From a virus (lineage: Duplodnaviria > Caudoviricetes), in IMG/VR virus record IMGVR_UViG_3300030372_003675, positions 1 through 27,673 of that record: DNA of 27,673 bases, one strand, 5' to 3'. Shown here one piece after another: positions 16,871 to 24,571 of the stretch. The translations under genes were made by a program, and so were the position numbers. The notes under the pieces were generated by a model, which was not told the DNA's origin, did no database searches, and worked only from the letters and a program-made list of their open reading frames with translations. Positions within the stretch are counted from its first letter, which is position 1. Every line of letters begins with the position of its first letter.

Positions 16871-17737
16871 ATGGGCGAGCAAAACAAAGTCTGGGCTGAT
16901 GGCGTTTCATATTTTGAACGTGAAGGGATCTCAGCAACACTTCTGAAAGCAATAATCAAGCAGTCGCCGGTTCATGCTCAACATAGAATGGAGCACTTCA
17001 AAGCAACTCCCGCAATGAACTTGGGAACAGCATTTCACGCTTCGGTTCTTGAATTTGAAAAATACGGTGAACTGATAGCAGTTGAACCTGAAATAAACAA
17101 AAGAACAAAAGCGGGAAAAGAAGAATACGCTGAATTCCTAAAAACGGTAGGAAACAAAACAGTTATCACCAGAGAGCAAGACGAAACAGCACAACAAATG
17201 CAGGAAGTATGCCTTGCTCACCCGATGGTCAAGCGGCTTTTAAATGATTGTGATTGTTATGAAATGGAAGTCGGTTTTGATTATGATTATTTGGCTGAAG
17301 TTGATAACGGAATGAGTATTCCATGCAAAGCAAAAATCGACGCAGTTTCAGCAGAAGGCAAAATAATCGTAGACTTCAAAACAACGGCGGACGCTTCCCC
17401 AGAAACATTCTCCAAACAATCCGCCAACCTTTTGTATCACTTGCAGATGGCTTGGTACGCAAAAGCAATGGGATGGGGCATTGATGAGGTTTCCGCCTAT
17501 ATTGTTGCGGTTGAAAATAAAGCACCATACGGAACGGTCGTTTATAAATTGCCGGAAGAAACACTCCGAGAGGGTTGGTTCTTATGCAAACGTGCTGTTT
17601 TTCAATGGTTGTCATTTGAAGAACAAGTCGCTCTCCAAGAATGTTGCGACGATTCTATTCCTATTCAGCCTTATTACGAATACACAACTCACGCAGAATT
17701 ATTAGAACTCCCGAAATGGTCTAAAAACTTAACATAA
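16871..17737 (+). CDS. RecE/exonuclease VIII-like PD-(D/E)XK nuclease (DUF3799-like)
   Basis: ISATLLK...SP, TPAMNLGTAFHASVLE, CKAKID, IVDFKTT and YHLQMAWY motifs. Confidence 0.88.
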   Translation: MGEQNKVWADGVSYFEREGISATLLKAIIKQSPVHAQHRMEHFKATPAMNLGTAFHASVLEFEKYGELIAVEPEINKRTKAGKEEYAEFLKTVGNKTVITREQDETAQQMQEVCLAHPMVKRLLNDCDCYEMEVGFDYDYLAEVDNGMSIPCKAKIDAVSAEGKIIVDFKTTADASPETFSKQSANLLYHLQMAWYAKAMGWGIDEVSAYIVAVENKAPYGTVVYKLPEETLREGWFLCKRAVFQWLSFEEQVALQECCDDSIPIQPYYEYTTHAELLELPKWSKNLT

Positions 17738-17749
17738 GGAAGGAACATT

Positions 17750-18367
17750 ATGACCACCGAAACAAAAGAAACTACAAAGAAGAAGACCAAGAAGAAAGAA
17801 AGTGCGGACGATCCAAAGCCAAAATCAATTTGGAAAAACCTCTCCCGAATCGATTGTTCTTCATTTACTAAGGAAAAGAACGGCTTGACTTATCTTTCTT
17901 GGACTCATGCTTGGCATGCTGTTAAGGATTTGTACCCCGACGCAATGTTTCACAAACACAAAAACGAAAGCGGCTACCCAGCCTTTATTGATCAAGACGG
18001 CAACGCTTTTGTTCGAGTTTCAGTAACCATTGAAGACCAACACGTCACTGAAGATTTGCCGGTGCTTGGATATAAGAACAAGGGAGAAAAAGACCCCGAC
18101 GCTTTTCGAGTAAACACATCGCTCCAGCGTTGTCTTGTTAAGTGCCTCGCCTATCTAGGCTTGGGTATTCACATTTACATGGGGGAAGACTTGCCGCTTT
18201 CGGATCGTGAAGAGTTAATGCTTATTGTTCACGCCAGAATGATTGGCGACGATGAATGGCAAGCCAAAGTGTTTGAGCATTTCAACATTAGAACTTGGGA
18301 AGAATTGCCCCTGAAAAAATTAGAACAACTTGTCGAAAAAATTACAGTAAAAAAGGAGACTAAGTAA
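17750..18367 (+). CDS. Sak3/DUF1071 single-strand annealing recombinase (Rad52-like)
   Basis: KNGLTYLSWTHAW and NTSLQRCLVKCLAYLGLGIHIYMGEDLP motifs; sits between the exonuclease and SSB. Confidence 0.88.
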   Translation: MTTETKETTKKKTKKKESADDPKPKSIWKNLSRIDCSSFTKEKNGLTYLSWTHAWHAVKDLYPDAMFHKHKNESGYPAFIDQDGNAFVRVSVTIEDQHVTEDLPVLGYKNKGEKDPDAFRVNTSLQRCLVKCLAYLGLGIHIYMGEDLPLSDREELMLIVHARMIGDDEWQAKVFEHFNIRTWEELPLKKLEQLVEKITVKKETK

Positions 18368-18750
18368 TGGACATAGCGACAGTATTTATAAACGGAAGAC
18401 TTACTCGAGATCCCGAAGCCCACGATGTTGGTGTTGTGAAGTTTTCACTCGCTTGCAACGGATGGAAAAAGAAAGACGGAACTGCCCCTGTTTCATTTTT
18501 TGATTGTGAAGCGTGGAAGGGTCTAGGCGAAACGGTTATGAATTGGTGCACTAAGGGAAAGCAAGTATCAATAACAGGAACAATTCGAATAGATCGCTGG
18601 GAAGATAACGAAGGAAACGTACGAAGCAAACCGGTCATAACGGTTAGAGATTTGCAACTACTTGGCGGAAATAAAGAAGAAACACCAAAAGTAGAAAAAA
18701 CAAAAACAACACCAAAACAGGAGATTGTAAACGATGACCTTCCCTTCTGA
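18367..18750 (+). CDS. ssb: Single-stranded DNA-binding protein
   Basis: GRLTRDPE, FFDCEAW and KGKQVSITG motifs; acidic DDLPF tail. Confidence 0.95.
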   Translation: MDIATVFINGRLTRDPEAHDVGVVKFSLACNGWKKKDGTAPVSFFDCEAWKGLGETVMNWCTKGKQVSITGTIRIDRWEDNEGNVRSKPVITVRDLQLLGGNKEETPKVEKTKTTPKQEIVNDDLPF

Positions 18751-18958
18751 TATTCAAAACAAAGCAACAGGTACGCAAATGCTTACCTCTGAACAAGTTG
18801 CGAGTCGTTGCGGCGTTCATGCTTCAACAATCTACCGGTTAATGAAAGACGGAAAGTTTCCGCAGTCAGTAAAGATTGGACACCAACACCGCTGGCGTAT
18901 TTCCGATGTCGAAGAATTTATAGAAAAGGGGGGCACGGATGCCGATGGTCATTGCTAA
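18734..18958 (+). CDS. Excisionase/AlpA-like HTH DNA-binding protein
   Basis: LTSEQVA..CGVHASTIYRLMKDGKFP..VKIG...RWR..DV pattern. Confidence 0.85.
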   Translation: MTFPSDIQNKATGTQMLTSEQVASRCGVHASTIYRLMKDGKFPQSVKIGHQHRWRISDVEEFIEKGGTDADGHC

Positions 18959-19688
18959 TTGGGAGGAAGGCTTCGAAATAGCCCAAAGCCGAAGGCGGGC
19001 TGGTCGATTGTCTTGGGTAGCAATGCCAACTCGTCATGACTCAAGAGGGTACCGAAAGTTGATTCGCTCCGAAGGGGGCGTTTCGGCTTTTGCTTGTTGG
19101 GTGGCTATGGTTCAAGTAGCCGCTCGATGTTCTATTCGTGGAACGCTTGCCGATGATCGTGGTCACTCTCTTGATTGTTCCGACTTGGAGGCTATGACGG
19201 ATATACCCGAAAAATGCTTTAAAAAGGCTATTCCGATTCTTTGCGATATTGGCTGGCTTATATGTTCCGACGATGTTCCGACAATACTCGGAGCGGACTC
19301 GGAGCCAAGTACGACTACAGTACATAACAATACAGACAATACAGAACAAAACATTACACCACACCCGACTCTCATTTATCAGCATAGAGCAAAAGCCGAC
19401 GAAAACTACCAAAAGATACCCTCCAAATATAGGCGGGGAAAAGGTAAGTGGCGACAGGCTTGGGTTGAGGTTGTAGTTGGGGAACAGATCAAGCCCGAAG
19501 TGGTTATCAGTGCAATTGTTGAATACTACAAATCGGGCGAGGGTCAATCTGAATTTTTCAGGAACCCAGCCACGTTGTTATTTGACCATATTTGGGAAGA
19601 AGATCCTGAAACATGGAACAGCAAACACGCCCCTAAATTGGACGAAAGCATAGCCTTCGATGGTATATTTGAAGGAAACGAGGCATAA
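18939..19688 (+). CDS. Putative phage replication initiator
   Basis: N-terminal winged-helix-like region, N/T-rich linker (ACAATACAGA twice near 19327-19345), C-terminal NPATLL....WE motif; located after ssb and the HTH gene. Confidence 0.55.
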   Translation: MPMVIANWEEGFEIAQSRRRAGRLSWVAMPTRHDSRGYRKLIRSEGGVSAFACWVAMVQVAARCSIRGTLADDRGHSLDCSDLEAMTDIPEKCFKKAIPILCDIGWLICSDDVPTILGADSEPSTTTVHNNTDNTEQNITPHPTLIYQHRAKADENYQKIPSKYRRGKGKWRQAWVEVVVGEQIKPEVVISAIVEYYKSGEGQSEFFRNPATLLFDHIWEEDPETWNSKHAPKLDESIAFDGIFEGNEA

Positions 19689-19751
19689 ATGAACAGACAA
19701 ACTAATAAATTTCACCGAGATATTCAGCATTTAAACAAGGAAGGAAACAAA

Positions 19752-20012
19752 ATGCAAAAAACACTTGAACAACTAGACAAAGACATAGAATTAAAACACG
19801 AAATGCGGGGGCGACTTATTGACGAAAGCGTAAAGATTCGACAAAGACTCCAAGACATTACGGCTGTTTTGGAATATCAAAGCACGGAAATAAGACTACT
19901 CGAAGAAGAAAGACAAAAAGTCATAAACCAAACAGAAGAAAACAAAAACCCATTCAGAAGTGCTCAGAGCGTGGCAGATATGTTGAACATAAACGGAAGG
20001 AATAAGCCATGA
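19752..20012 (+). CDS. Coiled-coil hypothetical protein
   Basis: AGGAAGGAA at 19738-19746 favours ATG 19752 over 19689; heptad-like E/K/L pattern. Confidence 0.65.
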   Translation: MQKTLEQLDKDIELKHEMRGRLIDESVKIRQRLQDITAVLEYQSTEIRLLEEERQKVINQTEENKNPFRSAQSVADMLNINGRNKP

Positions 20013-20323
20013 ATCTAGACAGAACAAAACATTACACCTACGAAGAATCAAGATATATTGCATCTTTGGGGGGCTCTGATAATTTGCGGCGGGAAGACGT
20101 TGCACCATTAAAAGCCGGAGTCCAGCAAGTTTTGGAGATCATGCAAAAAGGGGCATGGATAACAATTCCTGACTTAAGAAAACAAATAAACCAAGAGGGA
20201 GCCGACCGAAGAATGCGGGAACTAAGACAAGCGGGCTACCAAATAGAAAAACGTCGGATAGCAAACTCACGCCTTTATGAATACCGGCTGAAAATGCCAC
20301 AAATACAGGGGGGCTTGTTTTGA
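20009..20323 (+). CDS. Winged-helix DNA-binding protein
   Basis: VLEIM..G.WIT..DL.......ADRRMRELR..GY.IEKR......YEYRL pattern. Confidence 0.7.
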   Translation: MNLDRTKHYTYEESRYIASLGGSDNLRREDVAPLKAGVQQVLEIMQKGAWITIPDLRKQINQEGADRRMRELRQAGYQIEKRRIANSRLYEYRLKMPQIQGGLF

Positions 20324-20466
20324 CCGATCCAGAAGAAGACAAGCAACTTCAAAAACATCTGGCTGAATATGAGGCTACCTTCGAAGACCTAGAAACCCTT
20401 GAATGGGAAGGGGATAGGGTTTTTGGAAATTTAGAAAGCGAGAAAAACACTGATGAAACAAACTGA
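20320..20466 (+). CDS. Small acidic protein (48 aa, TTG start); not in the ORF track
   Basis: TTGA overlap with the upstream stop, G-rich RBS, fills the gap to 20453; 16 D/E versus 4 K/R. Confidence 0.5.
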   Translation: MTDPEEDKQLQKHLAEYEATFEDLETLEWEGDRVFGNLESEKNTDETN

Positions 20467-20923
20467 ATGGCTAGACACTTGGCGACGAATTACAGCAAGG
20501 TTTCCAAAATGGGAGCCAACTCAAGTCGAGGCGGAAGACTTTTGCCTTGCTTTGAGAGGTTACAACAAAGACATGGTCGAAGAAGTAAGTAGATGGGTAA
20601 GGCAACAATACACATCACAAACTCCTGCCATTAAGTGGTTTGTGGTTGAATGCGAAAAAAGAAAAAAAGACCAACAACAAAAAAACCAGCATATATTTGA
20701 AAACCAAAGCAAAGAACAAGAGATAGCGGAATGGGAGTCGCAAAGAGAAAACTCAGTTACAAAACTCGAAGAAACACCGGTCGAGGATTTGCGGAAAGCC
20801 TACACTTTTGTAATGAAACAATATGGGCACCTGATCACCAAGCCGGAAAACGGAAACCCAAGAGATTGGGCTCCAACACTTCGCTCACTTGTCTTTTGTC
20901 GATTGTATGGAGAAAGAAAATGA
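20453..20923 (+). CDS. Putative helicase loader/inhibitor (SPP1 G39P or lambda P-like N-terminus)
   Basis: E.....I..RFP......F..AL..Y..D.V.........S..P.I pattern; within the replication module. Confidence 0.45.
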   Translation: MKQTEWLDTWRRITARFPKWEPTQVEAEDFCLALRGYNKDMVEEVSRWVRQQYTSQTPAIKWFVVECEKRKKDQQQKNQHIFENQSKEQEIAEWESQRENSVTKLEETPVEDLRKAYTFVMKQYGHLITKPENGNPRDWAPTLRSLVFCRLYGERK

Positions 20924-21783
20924 AACACGTATTGTCGATGGGGGCGGGCGTTCAATCGACTGCATTGTTGCTTATGAGTTGCAAAAAATTGCTACCACCA
21001 CTCCACGTCGCCGTTTTCGCCGATGTCGGATTTGAGCCGCAAAAGGTTATGGATCATTTAGAATGGTGCAAAGATTATGCAAGCAAATACGGCATAAAAG
21101 TTGAAACGGTTAAATTAACAGAAACCGGCTTGAGGGAAGATACTTTGAACGCTTTAACAAATGAAGATGGCGGAAGGGTTGCTGGCATGCCTTTTTTTAC
21201 TTCAACAGTGGAAGGCAAAACAGATGGGATAACGATGCGGCAATGTACTTCAGACTACAAAATAAAGCCAATTCGTAAATACATGCGTGAAGAAATACTA
21301 GGCTTGAAACCTCGACAAAGAGCACCAAAAGAAGTCGTAATTAAGCAATGGATGGGTATTTCATTTGACGAAGCGACAAGAGCAAAACCATCAAATGAAA
21401 AGTGGGTTGAAAATGTATTCCCCTTTTTAGATTGGGGATTATCAGCACCACTTGGTAAAACTTGGCGAAGGTATCAAATAATCAATTGGCTTGAGGAAAC
21501 ATTCCCTGACATTAAAGTCCCTCGTTCAAGTTGTATCGCATGCCCATTTCATTCAAACGAAGAATGGAGAAAAATTGCCGAAAATCCAGAAGAATGGGAA
21601 ATGGCTTGTCAGTTTGATGAAATGATACGAATTGACAAAAGAAAGAAAAAGACAAAAATGACCCAATTTTTATACGTTCACAGATCAGGAAAACCACTCC
21701 GAGAGGTTGATCTACGATCCGAAGAAGAAAAGGGTCAGGGGTCATTATGGGATAATGAATGCGAGGGTATGTGTGGTATGTAA
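20920..21783 (+). CDS. PAPS-reductase-like (PP-loop adenine nucleotide alpha hydrolase) protein with Cys clusters
   Basis: LSMGAGVQST, FADVGFEP, RQCT..YKI.PI, GISFDE..R, SSCIACPFH and terminal CEGMCG motifs; ATGA-coupled start at 20920. Confidence 0.8.
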   Translation: MKHVLSMGAGVQSTALLLMSCKKLLPPLHVAVFADVGFEPQKVMDHLEWCKDYASKYGIKVETVKLTETGLREDTLNALTNEDGGRVAGMPFFTSTVEGKTDGITMRQCTSDYKIKPIRKYMREEILGLKPRQRAPKEVVIKQWMGISFDEATRAKPSNEKWVENVFPFLDWGLSAPLGKTWRRYQIINWLEETFPDIKVPRSSCIACPFHSNEEWRKIAENPEEWEMACQFDEMIRIDKRKKKTKMTQFLYVHRSGKPLREVDLRSEEEKGQGSLWDNECEGMCGM

Positions 21784-21789
21784 ATTGTC

Positions 21790-21804
21790 TGATATACTTA
21801 ACGC
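21790..21804 (+). promoter_or_regulatory. Extended -10 promoter, predicted leaderless start at ATG 21805
   Basis: TG-A-TATACT-TAACGC-ATG. Confidence 0.55.
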
Positions 21805-21840
21805 ATGACAACTGCGACGGAACAGCGTGAAAAGTTATGA
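21805..21840 (+). CDS. 11-codon leader minigene (MTTATEQREKL) coupled to 21837
   Basis: ATG exactly 6 nt after the -10 box; its TGA overlaps the next ATG (ATGA). Confidence 0.4.
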   Translation: MTTATEQREKL

Positions 21841-22124
21841 AGGAAACCGACCGAATGCGGTTGTTGGTTTGCGATTGTATTGATACTATTGGTCGCATGA
21901 ATGACAAATCCATGCTAGAAAGTGGGAAGGGAATAACGGATCATTTGGAAGAGTTGATATTGGAAGCGGACGAAGACCGGCAAGCGGAACTTATGGCTTC
22001 GGCTTTGGTGGTTGTGCTATCAGTACTCAAACCATTGTCCGAACAATTGCTGGCTTCAACGGCGGGGCGATATACTCGCTCCCGTATTGATCTAGGGGGG
22101 CTTGAGGGAAGCGTTCCCCACTGA
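21837..22124 (+). CDS. Hypothetical helical protein
   Basis: 95 aa ORF between a promoter and a terminator; no family recognised. Confidence 0.55.
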   Translation: MKETDRMRLLVCDCIDTIGRMNDKSMLESGKGITDHLEELILEADEDRQAELMASALVVVLSVLKPLSEQLLASTAGRYTRSRIDLGGLEGSVPH

Positions 22125-22144
22125 TTGTTATTCTCTTTCTCTTC

Positions 22145-22173
22145 GGGCTCTCTTTTTGTGTTTTCATGAGCCC
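22145..22173 (+). ncRNA. Hairpin with a 17-nt loop antisense to the start of gene 16347 (candidate 3'UTR sRNA)
   Basis: GGGCTC-[TCTTTTTGTGTTTTCAT]-GAGCCC. The loop reverse complement ATGAAAACACAAAAAGA matches 16347-16363 ATGAAAACACAAACAGA at 16/17. Confidence 0.35.
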
Positions 22174-22177
22174 TTTT

Positions 22178-22217
22178 AAAAGCCTCGCTCGCAACCTTCC
22201 GTGAGCGGGGTTTTTTT
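22178..22217 (+). terminator. Intrinsic terminator, possibly bidirectional
   Basis: AAAAGCCTCGCTCGC-AACCTTCC-GTGAGCGGGG-TTTTTTT. Confidence 0.85.
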
Positions 22218-22231
22218 GATATGCTTACAAC
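22217..22231 (+). promoter_or_regulatory. Extended -10 promoter, predicted leaderless start at ATG 22232
   Basis: TG-A-TATGCT-TACAAC-ATG, no SD. Confidence 0.6.
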
Positions 22232-22642
22232 ATGAATAAACCGCCCCTTTACTTTGATTCGTTTGTCTTGCCTTTTCCGCCTTCGGCAAATACTTACTAC
22301 CGGTCAATACGAATGGGCAACGCTTGCAGGGTCTTATTGTCTAAAAAGGGGCGAGAATACAAAACCCTAGTCCAAGAGGTTTTCAGTAATTTGGAAGAAA
22401 AGAACCGCAAACGCTTTCCAATTCAGGGGCGTATATCTTGCAACATAATGCTCCACCCGCCAACACGCCGCAAGATGGACATAGACAATAGAATAAAACC
22501 GTTACTAGATGGCTTGCAATTTGCGGGATTTTACGAAGACGACTCCGCCATCGATCATTTAACGGTAAAGCGGGGGGAGATTAAAAAAGGGGGCGAGGTT
22601 TGGGTTCAGTTAATTGAACTACCACCGAAGGAAGAAACATGA
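22232..22642 (+). CDS. rusA: RusA-family Holliday junction resolvase
   Basis: LPFPPSANTYYR, PPTRRKMDIDNRIKPLLDGL and YEDDSAI motifs. Confidence 0.92.
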   Translation: MNKPPLYFDSFVLPFPPSANTYYRSIRMGNACRVLLSKKGREYKTLVQEVFSNLEEKNRKRFPIQGRISCNIMLHPPTRRKMDIDNRIKPLLDGLQFAGFYEDDSAIDHLTVKRGEIKKGGEVWVQLIELPPKEET

Positions 22643-24147
22643 GAATAAACAAAGTCAAGATAGACCAACTTGCAAACGATCCGGCAAACGTCCGAACCCA
22701 TGACGAAAGAAACCTCGATGCCATACGAGCCTCACTTCAAAGATTCGGGCAACAGAAGCCCATCGTTGTCGATGGTGATGGAATAGTCATCGCTGGAAAC
22801 GGAACCCTTAACGCCGCAAAGTCGTTGGGGTGGAAAGACATCGAAGTAGTAAGAACGGAACTCACCGGAGCGGAAGCGGTTGCGTTTGCTATTGCCGACA
22901 ACAGAACGGCTGAACTTGCCAAATGGCATGAGGAAGACTTGGCAAGAACTCTCGAATCATTGCGGCTTGACGATTCGATTGATGAACTTGTTACAGGTTA
23001 CACCGACCAAGAAATCGAAGACTTAATAGGAAAGCGAGTAGGGCTTCAGGAAATAATCCAAGACGATATACCAGAGCCTAGCAAAAACACCATAAGCAAA
23101 CTCGGCGATGTTTGGCGACTCGGGCAACACATGCTGATATGCGGCGATACAACAGACATCAAAAACCTCGAGCAAATTGTAGGAAAAGACTCACTGAGAA
23201 TGATCCATGCCGACCCGCCTTATGGTATGGGCAAAGAAAAAGACGGCGTTTTAAACGATAACCTTTATCGGGATAAGTTGGACAAATTCCAAATGCAATG
23301 GTGGACAACATGGCGAAAGAAACTCGAAGATAATGGGAGCGTTTATATTTGGGGCAATGCCGAAGACTTATGGCGATTGTGGTATTTGGGCGGATTGTCA
23401 AGCGTTGAAAAAAACATAGCCGTCCGGAATGAGATTGTTTGGGATAAGGTTTCTGGAATGGGCATGAACTCTGAAATGATGCATACCTACTCAACAGCGA
23501 CTGAGCGTTGTCTGTTCATCATGCTTGGGCAACAATTCATAGGCAACCAAAACACCGACGATTTTTGGGAAGGATTCGAACCAATACGCTCATGGCTTGA
23601 CGATCAAGTAAAAGCGGAAGGGTGGACAAAGAAAAAGGTAAACGATATCACCAAAACCCACATGGCTGGTCACTGGCTTACGAAGTGCCAATTTCAGATT
23701 ATGCAGGAAAAATTCTACAACTTGCTCAAAGAAGAATCGACCGGCAAGGGTTTTGTTTTGTCTTACCGAGAGTTTACGGACAAGTTTGTTGGAGAGGATC
23801 AACGCAACCGCTTCAAAAACCTGAACGCCGAGATGAAAGCCAAGCGGTCTGTTTTTAACAATACCCATGACATTATGCGAGATGTTTGGAACTACATGCG
23901 GGTTTCAGGGGAAGAGCGTTTTGGTCATGCGACACCAAAGCCGGTCGAAATGGTAGCAAGAGCAATAAAGACAAGTAGCAACGAGGGAGACTTGATTGGT
24001 GTTCCATTCGGCGGTACTTGTCCAGAAATAATTGCATGCGAGCAACTTGACCGAAAGTGTATAGCAATGGAGTTGGAGCCAGCCTATTGCGACGTTATTG
24101 TCGAGCGTTGGCAACAATTTACAGGAAAAGACGCAGAGCGAATTTAA
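22639..24147 (+). CDS. ParB/Srx-domain DNA amino-methyltransferase (N6A/N4C, beta-class motif order)
   Basis: N-terminal NVRTH...SLQRFGQQKPIVVD....IAGNG...ADNR; HMLICGD; catalytic DPPY; HATPKP; ELEPAYCDVIVERWQ. Confidence 0.9.
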   Translation: MRINKVKIDQLANDPANVRTHDERNLDAIRASLQRFGQQKPIVVDGDGIVIAGNGTLNAAKSLGWKDIEVVRTELTGAEAVAFAIADNRTAELAKWHEEDLARTLESLRLDDSIDELVTGYTDQEIEDLIGKRVGLQEIIQDDIPEPSKNTISKLGDVWRLGQHMLICGDTTDIKNLEQIVGKDSLRMIHADPPYGMGKEKDGVLNDNLYRDKLDKFQMQWWTTWRKKLEDNGSVYIWGNAEDLWRLWYLGGLSSVEKNIAVRNEIVWDKVSGMGMNSEMMHTYSTATERCLFIMLGQQFIGNQNTDDFWEGFEPIRSWLDDQVKAEGWTKKKVNDITKTHMAGHWLTKCQFQIMQEKFYNLLKEESTGKGFVLSYREFTDKFVGEDQRNRFKNLNAEMKAKRSVFNNTHDIMRDVWNYMRVSGEERFGHATPKPVEMVARAIKTSSNEGDLIGVPFGGTCPEIIACEQLDRKCIAMELEPAYCDVIVERWQQFTGKDAERI

Positions 24148-24226
24148 ACTCTAACAAGCACCAAGACAAACAGGGTTCCAAGTTAAGGCAACCATGCTCT
24201 AAAAAACTCCCGTTGAACCAAGAGGG

Positions 24227-24238
24227 TAGAATGACTCC
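24227..24238 (+). promoter_or_regulatory. -10 box, predicted leaderless start at ATG 24239
   Basis: TAGAAT-GACTCC-ATG, the same 6-nt spacing as the three other sites. Confidence 0.45.
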
Positions 24239-24571
24239 ATGATAACCTCAATCGAAACCGCCTCTCAATTTGTAGCGACTTCTTCAGGCTTGGCTCTTGC
24301 CGGAGTTGGAGTTGCTACTCAAACCGACTCTGCAATCATTACGGACTCAACTTTACTCCCGCTTTCTTTGTTTATTGGTGGCATTGCATTCACAGCCGCT
24401 ATAACATGGAAGTCGGCAAACGCTAAATCTAGGCTACTTCACAAACTCGAAAATATAGAATCAAGGCTAGATAGATTAGAAAGAGAAACCGGAGCATCGG
24501 CTGGAATGGAAACAAAAATAGACATGGCGGAGTCAGCGATCCGTGATTTTAAAAGAAGAAAACGAAGATGA
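24239..24571 (+). CDS. Membrane protein, holin/lysis candidate
   Basis: Hydrophobic segments including LLPLSLFIGGIAFTAAITW, then a coiled coil and a basic tail. Confidence 0.5.
   Translation: MITSIETASQFVATSSGLALAGVGVATQTDSAIITDSTLLPLSLFIGGIAFTAAITWKSANAKSRLLHKLENIESRLDRLERETGASAGMETKIDMAESAIRDFKRRKRR

Noticed and set aside
18734-18958. Excisionase as proof of lysogeny
   Set aside because: No integrase was found; this HTH family also acts as a general regulator.
20920-21783. cysH auxiliary metabolic gene or complete Dnd system
   Set aside because: Lacks the canonical SGGKDS and ECGLH motifs of CysH, and no other dnd or sulfur genes are present.
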